Origin: Betaproteobacteria bacterium
GTDB lineage: Bacteria; Pseudomonadota; Gammaproteobacteria; Burkholderiales; Usitatibacteraceae
Direction of reading: 5' to 3'
NCBI GenBank assembly: GCA_031409495.1
Contig: JANNXI010000268.1
Span: forward strand, 2,075 to 66,074
DNA length: 64,000 bases
The notes beneath the pieces were generated by a model, which saw nothing but the letters and a program-made list of their open reading frames with translations, did no database searches and was not told the origin of the DNA. Both the position numbers and the translations under genes were made by a program. Positions 10,305-19,584 of this stretch are shown here, piece after piece (position 1 is the first letter of the stretch; each line of letters starts with the position of its first letter).

Positions 10305-11528
10305 ATGGGCTTTTTTCAAGTTGTTATCGAAGCATTCCGCGCCATGAGTATGAACCGACTCCGCGCAGGCTTAACCATGCTCGGCATCATTATTGGCGTG
10401 GGGGCCGTGGTGCTGATGTTAGCCATCGGCGAATCGGTGCGCTCCGACATTAACCAGCGCATCTCCGCGATGGGCTCGAATTTATTTATCGTGTTTCCCG
10501 GCACACAAACATCCAACGGCGTCCGCGCGGGTCGCGGTGCCGCGCAAACGCTGACGCAGGCCGATGCACAGGCGCTTGCAAAAATAGACAACGTGGAGTT
10601 TAGTGCGCCAATTTTAAGCCAACCGTTTCAGCTCGCTGCGGGCAACAACAACTGGAACGCCATGGTGTGGGGCGTTACACCCGAGTATTTTTCGATTAAA
10701 ACATGGGAAACCGAACAAGGTAGTTTATTTGGTGAAGTGGAAATGCGCTCGATCTCACGCGTAGTGGTGCTTGGTCGTACGGTTGCACGCACGCTCTATG
10801 GTGAGATGAACCCCGTGGGGCAAATGCTGCGCATTCGCGGCAAGCCATTTGAAGTGGTTGGCGTGTTATCCAACAAAGGCAGTGATTTAGGCGGTAATGA
10901 TCAAGACGACGCCGTGTTCGTACCCTTAAGTGCCGCCCGCCAGCAGCTTATGCGCACCTGGTTTCCGGGCTCGGTTAATTTGATTATGGTGCAATCAGCG
11001 AACGCCGATCGCATGAAGGATGTGGAATACGACATACAGCAAACACTTAGAATTCGCCATCGCATTCGCGAAGATCAAGAAGATGATTTTACCGTGCGCG
11101 ACTTATCGGCCATCGCCGAAGCGGCCCAAGGCATCGCCACCATGCTAACCCTGCTGCTCGGCGCCATCGGCTCTATTTCATTGCTCGTTGGCGGCATTGG
11201 CATCATGAATATCATGCTGGTATCAGTGACTGAGCGCACCAGGGAAATCGGTATCAGAATGGCACTAGGCGCTAAACGCCGCGACGTGTTGCTGCAGTTT
11301 TTAACCGAAGCGATCGTCATTTGCGTTTGCGGGGGCGCGCTGGGTGTAGCGATGGCCTACGCGGGCAGCATGGCCATTACAAAACTTTCACCACTGGCAG
11401 TCACTATCACCGCGTCCGGTATCGTTATCGCGTTTACGTTTTCGGCTGCGATCGGGATATTTTTTGGATTTTATCCAGCAAAACGCGCATCAGCACTGAA
11501 GCCGGTGGAGGCGTTAAGGTATGAGTAA
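10305..11528 (+). CDS. MacB/FtsX-family ABC transporter permease (no ATPase domain or adjacent ATPase gene)
   Basis: N-terminal TM, MacB-like periplasmic core, and a C-terminal FtsX-type 3-TM bundle (GGIGIMNIMLVSVTERTREIGIRMALGAKRRDVLLQFL). Confidence 0.85.
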   Translation: MGFFQVVIEAFRAMSMNRLRAGLTMLGIIIGVGAVVLMLAIGESVRSDINQRISAMGSNLFIVFPGTQTSNGVRAGRGAAQTLTQADAQALAKIDNVEFSAPILSQPFQLAAGNNNWNAMVWGVTPEYFSIKTWETEQGSLFGEVEMRSISRVVVLGRTVARTLYGEMNPVGQMLRIRGKPFEVVGVLSNKGSDLGGNDQDDAVFVPLSAARQQLMRTWFPGSVNLIMVQSANADRMKDVEYDIQQTLRIRHRIREDQEDDFTVRDLSAIAEAAQGIATMLTLLLGAIGSISLLVGGIGIMNIMLVSVTERTREIGIRMALGAKRRDVLLQFLTEAIVICVCGGALGVAMAYAGSMAITKLSPLAVTITASGIVIAFTFSAAIGIFFGFYPAKRASALKPVEALRYE

Positions 11529-11545
11529 TGCGGGCTTGTACTTAG

Positions 11546-12358
11546 TTAAGCTAAAAATGCCTTAAACGCCCGCAAAAATGGCGCACTGATACGCAAAACA
11601 TCTGGATTGTTGCGCAACTGTATCAGTCCGGCCCCCGATTCATCGCGCTCTACCATCAACACTTCGCGCAGATTTACCACAGTAGATCGATGCACCTGCA
11701 AAAAAACCGCGGGATCGAGTTTTTGCAGTAGCGTCTTTAGTGATTCCTCAATTAAATGTTCACCGTTGCGGCTCACTACCCGCGTGTACTTGTTATCTGA
11801 CTGCAAAAAAACGACATCATCGACTGCAACTAGCTGGGTGCGGCGGCCAGCACTTGCAGCTAACCAACGTAAATAAGCGACGGGTTGCAGCTTGGGTTGG
11901 AGTTGGGGCAAGTCCCGCAACACGGGTTGCAGATCACCAGAAGGTAACGTGATCCGATTTCTCAACCGATCTATGCTGCGTTGCAGTCGTTCAGACGACA
12001 GCGGTTTCAACATATAGTCCACGGCGCCGCGATCGAACGCCGGTATTGCAAACGCATCGTAGGCAGTTACAAACACCACACGCGTTTCGTCGGGCAGTGC
12101 CTGCGCCAGCTCTAGGCCAGATTGGCCGGGAAGGTTTATATCAACAAAAGCGCAATGTGGTGCAGCGTGCGCCGCACCCTCCTGACAAGCCAATAAAGCT
12201 TCTTCCGCCGAGCCAAAAGCCCGTATTTCACCAAAGTCGGGCGCGAGTGTTGCAAGGAGCGCAACGAGCTCATCACGCAAACGTGGTTCATCCTCAACGA
12301 CTAGCACCCATCCGCCATTGCTGTGATCACCATAGTTCAGCTTTTCATCAGTTGCCAC
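11546..12358 (-). CDS. LytR/AlgR (LytTR) family response regulator
   Basis: Receiver (VLVVEDEPRLRDEL...VDYMLKP) plus a LytTR DNA-binding domain (VFLQSDNKYTRVVSRNGEHLIEESLKTL...FLQVHRSTVVNL). Confidence 0.9.
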   Translation of the reverse strand: MATDEKLNYGDHSNGGWVLVVEDEPRLRDELVALLATLAPDFGEIRAFGSAEEALLACQEGAAHAAPHCAFVDINLPGQSGLELAQALPDETRVVFVTAYDAFAIPAFDRGAVDYMLKPLSSERLQRSIDRLRNRITLPSGDLQPVLRDLPQLQPKLQPVAYLRWLAASAGRRTQLVAVDDVVFLQSDNKYTRVVSRNGEHLIEESLKTLLQKLDPAVFLQVHRSTVVNLREVLMVERDESGAGLIQLRNNPDVLRISAPFLRAFKAFLA

Positions 12359-12402
12359 GCAATTACTCCGCTAAGCGTTTAGCTATTTTCATCGTTGATA
12401 AG

Positions 12403-13665
12403 TCATTGCGTGGGTAGCCGCAACGTGGCGCGCACGCCACTTGCATCGCTACCCGTAGCGCTACTTGTATCACCACCTGCATGGCGATCTTCAATTTGCA
12501 TCTGCGCAACACCGCCATAGATTAGCAGCAACCGTTCGCGCAAGTTGCTCAATCCGCCCATGCTACCCATTCCGCGGTCTGGCAGCATCGCTAATACAGG
12601 CCCGTCATTATCAACTTCAATAACAAGTGCCGCACCATCCTGACTGCAGGTTACTGAAATTAAACCCGAACCATTGATACGTTCAATCCCGTGCTTTATT
12701 GCATTTTCAACTAGGATTAAAACACTTGCATTCGGGACCAACAGCTTGTGCAGTGACGCATCACTACTAATTACATATCGAAGGCGCTCGCCTAGCCGTA
12801 TTTGCATAATTTTTAAGTAGGCCTCAACTTTCTTTAACTCATCTGCCAGACTAATGGTTGTGCTTGCAGCAGTCTGGCTATTGGCACGCAAAAATTCGAT
12901 CAACGCATCAAGCATTGATTGCGCAACCAGCGGGCTTGCGGTGATACTAGCGCGCAAATGTGCCAAGGTATTGAATAAAAAATGCGGCTCAATCTGCGCA
13001 CGTAACAGCTGCAACTCTGCCTGCTCCGCACGCGCTCGCAATGCACCTTGTTGGTCAAGTGCATCGGCAACATCGTGTTGTGCGCGAACCCGCGTCCAAA
13101 TGGCCGCCCGCAGCGCTTCAACCTGCCGCGCACCTCGGCCCGCCTCAACCCAAAACAGCGCGTACAGCCAAGCATGCATGGGCTCGCAACTGATTTGTAA
13201 TGTGCTTCGCGTCGAAGGGTGCGCGCCGCCGTCATCCGCCGCGATAATCGTTAACTCATCGCTGCGCAACGTACGCAATCCAGTAGGCTTTACGCCACGC
13301 TCCAAAATATGTGCGGTCATTTCATTTGACGTCACGCGCTGTTCAACTGCACCAAACACAGACGTCACCGCTGCAACAGCAATTCGCATGGCTTGCGTTG
13401 CTGGTAGGTCAAGGCTCAGTGATTGGCGCTGCCCCGAAACTAGGGGGTTTGCGGTTGTTTTAGCGCCCCAAGAGGCTGCGACTAGTGACCGATATTGCAC
13501 CACTGCGGCCGCCGTGCCAATGCCGAAGGCAATCCATGGAAAAACCAGCAGCGCTGCAAGAAACGCGACGCTCATGCTAAAAATTGCCGTGATGGCCACC
13601 AACAACACCCACCACACCACGCCAATCCTTAACATCAACACGACATACGGTAACCCTACTTTCAT
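12403..13665 (-). CDS. LytS/YehU-type sensor histidine kinase
   Basis: His_kinase motif EPHFLFNTLAHLRA and ATPase motif ILVENAIKHGI. N-terminal TM pair. Confidence 0.85.
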   Translation of the reverse strand: MKVGLPYVVLMLRIGVVWWVLLVAITAIFSMSVAFLAALLVFPWIAFGIGTAAAVVQYRSLVAASWGAKTTANPLVSGQRQSLSLDLPATQAMRIAVAAVTSVFGAVEQRVTSNEMTAHILERGVKPTGLRTLRSDELTIIAADDGGAHPSTRSTLQISCEPMHAWLYALFWVEAGRGARQVEALRAAIWTRVRAQHDVADALDQQGALRARAEQAELQLLRAQIEPHFLFNTLAHLRASITASPLVAQSMLDALIEFLRANSQTAASTTISLADELKKVEAYLKIMQIRLGERLRYVISSDASLHKLLVPNASVLILVENAIKHGIERINGSGLISVTCSQDGAALVIEVDNDGPVLAMLPDRGMGSMGGLSNLRERLLLIYGGVAQMQIEDRHAGGDTSSATGSDASGVRATLRLPTQ

Positions 13666-14444
13666 TGCTGCTGCCCTTTGCTATTTTTAGACGGCGGTTG
13701 CACTGGAGGCGGCGTATTTTTACCGGCATCAAGCTCGATAGATTTCACCATTTTACCGTTGTCATCCAGTAGCTGCACACTTGGCTTACCATCGGCTGTT
13801 ACCAGCAACATCAACCGGGGTCTACCTTGCGCATCGGCTAAGCTTAGTGCGGATGCGCCATCACCGGTAGTGCCAAGCCGCACGCGATTATTGGGCAGCT
13901 GGCGCAGCTCACGCATTTGCGCGATGGCGGCGTCCCGCGCGGCTGGCTCAAGACCGCGAATAGTCTTCATGCGTTCTGCGCGTTGCATCAGGTCCAATTG
14001 CGTGCCATCTGCTTCGTCGTTGATAGCAAACATGCTAAACGCACGGCCACCGTCTTCGGCATGCAATAGCTGCATGACTTGGTCTTGTCTAAAGCGATCG
14101 AAAGTTAGACTCAAACCCGCTGACGCTTTGCCATCAGCGCCGACTGACCCTTTTTGGATCAAGCCACCATTTTCGGTGCCCTCATCATTCATAAACAGCA
14201 TGCCGGCAAATGCTTTGCGATCAGGGCGCGGTACCTCGCCGCCTTTCCAAGGTGAGCCGGGAAACTGCGCACGATTTGCAAGCACCATCCGTAAAGTACC
14301 ATCGGGCTCACGAATATTGATGCGGCCCACATCTATTTCGTCAAACTTCGTGGGTGGGGCTTTTGCAGCCATCAACAGTACGGCGGAAGTCATCACGACC
14401 ACACCTGCAGCTAATCCACATAGAAAATTGTTAGGTAGTTTCAT
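13662..14444 (-). CDS. exported/anchored hypothetical protein, first gene of the LytS/LytTR operon
   Basis: Start chosen at MKLPNNFLCGLAAGVVVMTSAVLL (GGAGAA RBS) rather than the track start at 14534. Its stop overlaps the kinase start by 4 nt. I recognise no family. Confidence 0.55.
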   Translation of the reverse strand: MKLPNNFLCGLAAGVVVMTSAVLLMAAKAPPTKFDEIDVGRINIREPDGTLRMVLANRAQFPGSPWKGGEVPRPDRKAFAGMLFMNDEGTENGGLIQKGSVGADGKASAGLSLTFDRFRQDQVMQLLHAEDGGRAFSMFAINDEADGTQLDLMQRAERMKTIRGLEPAARDAAIAQMRELRQLPNNRVRLGTTGDGASALSLADAQGRPRLMLLVTADGKPSVQLLDDNGKMVKSIELDAGKNTPPPVQPPSKNSKGQQQ

Positions 14445-14753
14445 TGGTTCTCCGATTATAAAAATGAAGTTAGCGTGGGCGTAGGCAGACTTTAGGCCTG
14501 TCAGGGGGATTAAAAGCGCAAGTAAGCGCTGCATAGTTACCCGTTCGCCGCTTCAACACTATCTGCGTTTCGGTGCGCGGCCGCGAGCCGTTTCGGACAC
14601 AGAACACCGGTTGGCAGACGAAAGCTGCGAACCAACCGATGAAATTATTTTGAAGCGCTCGGAAGAGATGGCATATTGGATCGCGACCTCACCATTTAGA
14701 AATGTGTCCAAAATATGTATTTGGTCATCGCCAGAGCACAGTTTTCAGATAAG

Positions 14754-14775
14754 ATTGTCCATAATTTCTGACAAT
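14754..14775. promoter_or_regulatory. inverted repeat ATTGTC-N10-GACAAT upstream of the multihaem operon (candidate operator)
   Basis: 6-bp perfect arms, about 100 nt upstream of ATG 14878, in the divergent intergenic region 14445-14877. Confidence 0.25.
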
Positions 14776-14877
14776 GTAGCAATTCATTCAAATAAGCTAA
14801 TACATCTATCAACGCTAGCCGCGTAGTTGACTACTGCGGGTATAGCGCTGGATACGACTGTAGCGAGGTATGATCAA

Positions 14878-15708
14878 ATGCGTCACCGCACGTTTCTTGA
14901 GTTTGCGCGTTATCGCTATCTTAAAATTGCGGCGCTCCTTGCCGCCAATTGCGCCCTCGCCTACGGCTGGTGGCGTTATCCGCTTGGGCACTATGGCGGC
15001 ACGCCGTTAGGTTATACCTTGGGCACGATTGGTGCAGTGCTCATTTTGTGGCTGATGTGGTTCGGAATTCAAAAACGCCGTTACCGCGCTACGCAAAACC
15101 TAAAAGGCTGGTTGTCTGCGCACGTGTATTTGGGCGGCGCGCTCATCGTGGTGGCGACGTTACACTCGGGTTTTCAGGTAGGTTGGAACATCCATACACT
15201 TGCCTATTTGCTGATGCTCATCGTCATCGCGTCAGGCTTTTTTGGTGTATTCACTTACCTACGCTTCCCGCGGTTGATGACTGAAAATTTGGCGGAAGAT
15301 ACCCTTGATAGCGTGGCGCTAAAAATCGCCGATATTGATCGAGAAGCCCGTAGATTAGCGCTTGGCATGCCCGACGAAATAAATAGTGTGGTGCTGCAAT
15401 CGGTGCAGGAAACGCGCATTGGCGGCGGCGTTATCGCGCAATTACGGGAACATGTGCGCAACTGCCCAACCAGCAACGCTGTGCAGATAGTCCACGCTTA
15501 TGCTGCAAACGTTAAGGGCGAAGAGGCGCAACGCCAGCAGAGTCTCTATACCCTAATGCTCCGTAAAGAACGATTAGTGGCGCGCGCACGAACCGATGTG
15601 CGCTACAAAGCCATGATGGAAATATGGCTCTATTTTCATGTACCGACGTCGTTTGCCTTACTGGCAGCGCTGACAGCGCACATCATTGCTGTATTTTTTT
15701 ACCGTTGA
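14878..15708 (+). CDS. 5-TM membrane protein with two bis-His helices (candidate di-haem cytochrome b-like)
   Basis: The track ORF starts at TTG 14827; ATG 14878 has a GAGG 9 nt upstream. TM helices carry HVYLGGALIVVATLH and HVPTSFALLAALTAH, each a His pair 14 residues apart. Confidence 0.6.
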   Translation: MRHRTFLEFARYRYLKIAALLAANCALAYGWWRYPLGHYGGTPLGYTLGTIGAVLILWLMWFGIQKRRYRATQNLKGWLSAHVYLGGALIVVATLHSGFQVGWNIHTLAYLLMLIVIASGFFGVFTYLRFPRLMTENLAEDTLDSVALKIADIDREARRLALGMPDEINSVVLQSVQETRIGGGVIAQLREHVRNCPTSNAVQIVHAYAANVKGEEAQRQQSLYTLMLRKERLVARARTDVRYKAMMEIWLYFHVPTSFALLAALTAHIIAVFFYR

Positions 15709-15727
15709 ACGTTTAGCCTAACCATCG

Positions 15728-17647
15728 ATGAAAACTACGCTCACCACGATCACACGAAATAAAAAAGGCGAAGCCACCCTAACTTCAAGAGAAGTTACCG
15801 CTGAAACCTTACGCATCGGTCGCGGCGCTGATTGCAAACTGCATTTGTCGGATGCGCGAGTATCGCTGTTTCATGCCGAAATTATGACTAATTTTGGGCA
15901 CCCAAGTTACATCGAAGCGCGCCACGGGACGATTACCGTAGATGGCAAATCCACCACTGCGGCGGCACTCGAAGTAGGCCAGAAGATACTCATCGGACCT
16001 TTTGAACTCATCGTTTTACCGAACGCGAACGATATTGATATTGCGTTAAGCGTCGAGCTAATCGACCCGCTATCAGATGATCTTGATGCGGTGAAAAGCC
16101 AAATCAAAGCTGGACTTGCGCGCACATGGCTGTCAAAGCGGGCCTTAAGCTGGATTAGCGCGGTGAGCGTGTTGATGGTGTTTTTGGCCTGGCCCGTGTG
16201 GCATGCTCTCGAACGCGAAAAAGCGCTTTTAGTAGGAGCCAGCACGATGAAAGCACCAGATGCCAACTTGGTTAAAGCCGCCAAAGTTAAACCTGCGATC
16301 CACCCTGATGGCTCGTGGGATGTAGGCCCGCTTAGTAGCGCGCACACAAGCTTTGGCAGCAACTGCAGTGCCTGCCACCAACACCCGTTTCAGTCAGTGC
16401 AAAACCAAGCTTGTGAAGACTGTCATAAAAAAATTGGCTGGCATTTCGCACTCGATACCGCCCAATCAAAAGCCGTGCACAAAACTGTCTTTAGTGATGC
16501 CTATTGCGCTGATTGCCATCGCGATCACAAGGGCGCACTGGGATTGGTGCGAGGCGATTCTAAGCTTTGTACGGATTGCCACGGCAATCTAAAAGCCAAA
16601 CATCCGCAGACGGGGGTGTTGGACGTGGCAGACTTTAGCAAAGATCATCCGCCATTTAAGGTTTCAATGCTGCTGCGCGGCGCAGATAAGAAAAGCGCCG
16701 CGGCCCTAACACAGGCTGGCGTCCCCAACGTTCATATTGAACGCATCGCTCAAACCGACAAAACCCGCTACGTCGAATCATCTGGGCTTAAGTTTCCACA
16801 CGACGTGCACATAAGTGCCAAAGGTGTGCGCAGCCCTAGCGGCCGCGTACTCATGGAGTGCAAAAATTGCCATGAATCTGACGAAACCGGCACGCGTTTC
16901 AAACTAACCACCATGGCGGCACATTGCCAATCATGCCATTCACTAGAATTTGAGCCCAATGCCACGTCGCGCCAAGTGCCGCACGGCAAAATACCCGACG
17001 TCATCGCAACCGTGCGCGAACACTATGCCTTGGCAGCCCTCGGTCCTAACGCCGTTGACAATACCCCTGCCGCCTTTAACGCCGTTGAGCAACAACGCAG
17101 CAGCAAAACCGGAGCGCCTATTACTGCGGCGCTAAAAACACTGGCGTGGGCAAATAGCAAAGCGACGAACATCACCCAAGAGATTTTTGAAGTACGGCTG
17201 TGCTTCACCTGCCATGAAATTACCAAAACTAAAGATCTCAAAGCAAGTTTAGCCGTCAATAGCGGCGCAGCCGATGCAATAGAGGCGAATAGCCCTCCGT
17301 GGCAAATCACGCCGATTGTCATCACTCAGCATTGGCTGCCGAAATCGCGCTTTCCACACTCGGCGCACGCCACGGAGACATGCAGCAGTTGCCATGATGT
17401 GGCGAAATCAAAATTAAGTAGCGAAATTTCGATACCTAAAATCGAAAGCTGTCGCGAATGCCACGGCGGCAATGTAGTCACTAAAGATAAAGCGCCAGGC
17501 ACCTGTGAAACCTGCCACGGCTTTCACACAGGCAGCCCAAAATCTGGAGTCGCACCGATATTACCGGGCGTCAATCATCCAGCTCGTCTATTCAAAGTGG
17601 GTATCGATGCGCCACCTAAAGCGCCTACTTCGAGCGCAATTAAATGA
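15728..17647 (+). CDS. FHA domain - TM - decahaem c-type cytochrome fusion
   Basis: N-terminal FHA-like LRIGRGADCKLHLSDARVSLFHAEI...GQKILIGPFELIV. One TM (ALSWISAVSVLMVFLAWPVW). Ten CXXCH motifs: CSACH, CEDCH, CADCH, CTDCH, CKNCH, CQSCH, CFTCH, CSSCH, CRECH, CETCH. Confidence 0.85.
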   Translation: MKTTLTTITRNKKGEATLTSREVTAETLRIGRGADCKLHLSDARVSLFHAEIMTNFGHPSYIEARHGTITVDGKSTTAAALEVGQKILIGPFELIVLPNANDIDIALSVELIDPLSDDLDAVKSQIKAGLARTWLSKRALSWISAVSVLMVFLAWPVWHALEREKALLVGASTMKAPDANLVKAAKVKPAIHPDGSWDVGPLSSAHTSFGSNCSACHQHPFQSVQNQACEDCHKKIGWHFALDTAQSKAVHKTVFSDAYCADCHRDHKGALGLVRGDSKLCTDCHGNLKAKHPQTGVLDVADFSKDHPPFKVSMLLRGADKKSAAALTQAGVPNVHIERIAQTDKTRYVESSGLKFPHDVHISAKGVRSPSGRVLMECKNCHESDETGTRFKLTTMAAHCQSCHSLEFEPNATSRQVPHGKIPDVIATVREHYALAALGPNAVDNTPAAFNAVEQQRSSKTGAPITAALKTLAWANSKATNITQEIFEVRLCFTCHEITKTKDLKASLAVNSGAADAIEANSPPWQITPIVITQHWLPKSRFPHSAHATETCSSCHDVAKSKLSSEISIPKIESCRECHGGNVVTKDKAPGTCETCHGFHTGSPKSGVAPILPGVNHPARLFKVGIDAPPKAPTSSAIK

Positions 17648-19584
17648 TGAAGAAAGCCGTAAATTGGGCATCTTCAGGCAGTGCTATATTGCGATTTTGG
17701 GCGCTTTCTTTAACTTCTTTCGCGTTAGTCAGCTGCGGCAGTGGGGGTGATTCTGGATCAGGCAGCCCCGCGCCCGCGTCCCTGGTGACACCTGCCATCA
17801 CGGATTTTTTAAGTATTGAAGATGTGCAACGTATTGTTGCCCAAGGTGTGGCAGAAGCCACCATCCGTAAGCAGGCGGCGACATTCGCCGTAGTTGATCG
17901 CGTGGGTAATGTATTGGCGGTGTTCCGTATGACGGGTGCGGCTACTACTTTTAAAATCACCAGCAAACAAAACAGCAGCGATGGCGCAAAACAAATCGAT
18001 GGTGGTTTAGAAAATATTGATGTGCTGCCTGACACCTTTGCGGCCATCAGCAAAGCTATCACCGGTGCTTATTTGTCATCAAACGGCAATGCGTTTTCAA
18101 GCCGCACAGCAGGGCAAATTGTGCAAGAAAATTTTAATCCGCGCGAGGCAAATCAACCTGCCGGCCCGCTTTACGGTGTGCAATTTTCGCAGCTCTCCTG
18201 CTCTGACCTTATGCGCCGGGCTGAACACGGCACAATCGGCCCTAAACGCTCCCCGTTAGGGCTTTCCGCTGACCCTGGCGGGTTGCCAATCTACAAAAAT
18301 AATCGACTCGTTGGCGGTATCGGTGTAATCTCCGACGCGGTGTATGGGCTGGATGCCGACATTAGTGATTTTGATGATAGCAGCGATGAACGCATTGCCG
18401 TGGCCGCCACCATCGGCTATGCCGCGCCAGATGATATTCGCGGCAATCGCATCAGCGTTGATGGCCGCACGTTGCGTTATATCGATTCTGAATCAACACT
18501 AAGCAACGGCGCACCCAGCAGCGGCTATGCAAATTTAGCCGGGGCAAGTATACCAGTCGGCGGCTATTTTGACGGCGCCGTGCGCGCTGGGACCAGTTTT
18601 GGTTCAATTGCATCCGGCTACCAAGCAGATGGCGGCGTATTTGCAGCACTAAATGGCTTTGTATTGACGGACAATGATGGTAAAAATCGCTACCCAATCG
18701 TTGCTGGGGGCGATGGCTTTTTAAAGTCAAATGAAGTGAGCACGATTGCTCAAGAAGCCCTAAAAGTAGCCAACCGCGCGCGCGCGCAAATTCGTCGGCC
18801 ACTGGGCTCAGCAGCACAAGTTACCATCACCGTAGTCGATACCTTAGGCAATGCGCTCGTGCTTGTGCGTACGCCTGATGCACCTGTTTTCGGTACTGAT
18901 GTTGCATTGCAAAAAGCACGCACGGCAGTCACTTTCTCGCACCCTACATTTGCCGCCGAGCTTAGCAATTTGCCAAGCTTTACCTACCTAGGCGCGAATG
19001 GCGCAACGGTTCCTGCGTTTCGTAGCTTTAACGAATACGTAGCGGCTAGCCGCACGTTTTTTAATGACCCTACCATGCTCGCTAATGGCATCGCGTTTTC
19101 AAGCCGCGCGCTTGGTAACGCATCGCGCCCGTTTTTTCCGGATGGCATCCAAAGCACTGAAGCTGGCCCGTTCAGTACCCCGTTTAAAAACTGGAGCCCG
19201 TTTCATTTGGGTTTGCAACTCGATCTGAACTACAGCGCTATTGTGGCGGCGGCGACAGGGTCAGCGAAATTTGACTGCACAGGGCTAATCCGCGCTAAAA
19301 ACGGCATTCAGATATTTGCGGGCGCTGTGCCCATTTATCGCAATGCGCAGTTGGTGGGCGCTATTGGCATATCTGGCGACGGCATTGACCAAGATGATAT
19401 GGTCGCCTTTTTAGGTTTAAGCAATGCTGGAAAGGCCCTAAATACGGGCATCGGCAATGCACCAAAGGCAATTCGTGCGGATACATTAGTACCCCGTGGC
19501 GAAGGCACGCGCTTGCGCTACGTAAATTGTCCGGTTGCGCCATTCAATGGTTCTTCGGAACAAAATGTGTGCGAGGGCATATGA
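17644..19584 (+). CDS. lipoprotein with two DUF336/GlcG(HbpS)-like domains
   Basis: Lipobox LTSFALVSCGSGG. Two copies of the GlcG-type signature: AVVDRVGNVLAVFRMTGA ... PIYKNNRLVGGIGVISD, and TVVDTLGNALVLVRTPDA ... PIYRNAQLVGAIGISGDGIDQDD. ATGA overlap with the upstream gene. Confidence 0.7.
   Translation: MMKKAVNWASSGSAILRFWALSLTSFALVSCGSGGDSGSGSPAPASLVTPAITDFLSIEDVQRIVAQGVAEATIRKQAATFAVVDRVGNVLAVFRMTGAATTFKITSKQNSSDGAKQIDGGLENIDVLPDTFAAISKAITGAYLSSNGNAFSSRTAGQIVQENFNPREANQPAGPLYGVQFSQLSCSDLMRRAEHGTIGPKRSPLGLSADPGGLPIYKNNRLVGGIGVISDAVYGLDADISDFDDSSDERIAVAATIGYAAPDDIRGNRISVDGRTLRYIDSESTLSNGAPSSGYANLAGASIPVGGYFDGAVRAGTSFGSIASGYQADGGVFAALNGFVLTDNDGKNRYPIVAGGDGFLKSNEVSTIAQEALKVANRARAQIRRPLGSAAQVTITVVDTLGNALVLVRTPDAPVFGTDVALQKARTAVTFSHPTFAAELSNLPSFTYLGANGATVPAFRSFNEYVAASRTFFNDPTMLANGIAFSSRALGNASRPFFPDGIQSTEAGPFSTPFKNWSPFHLGLQLDLNYSAIVAAATGSAKFDCTGLIRAKNGIQIFAGAVPIYRNAQLVGAIGISGDGIDQDDMVAFLGLSNAGKALNTGIGNAPKAIRADTLVPRGEGTRLRYVNCPVAPFNGSSEQNVCEGI

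Noticed and set aside
12854-14484. Long plus-strand ORFs of 278 and 268 aa.
   Set aside because: They are antisense to the LytS-type kinase and its upstream partner, which have recognisable motifs and operon structure. The translations are Ser/Ala/Cys/Arg-rich with no domains.
14611-14826. A 71-aa ORF in the divergent intergenic region.
   Set aside because: No RBS or domain. It more likely lies in promoter/operator DNA of the multihaem operon.
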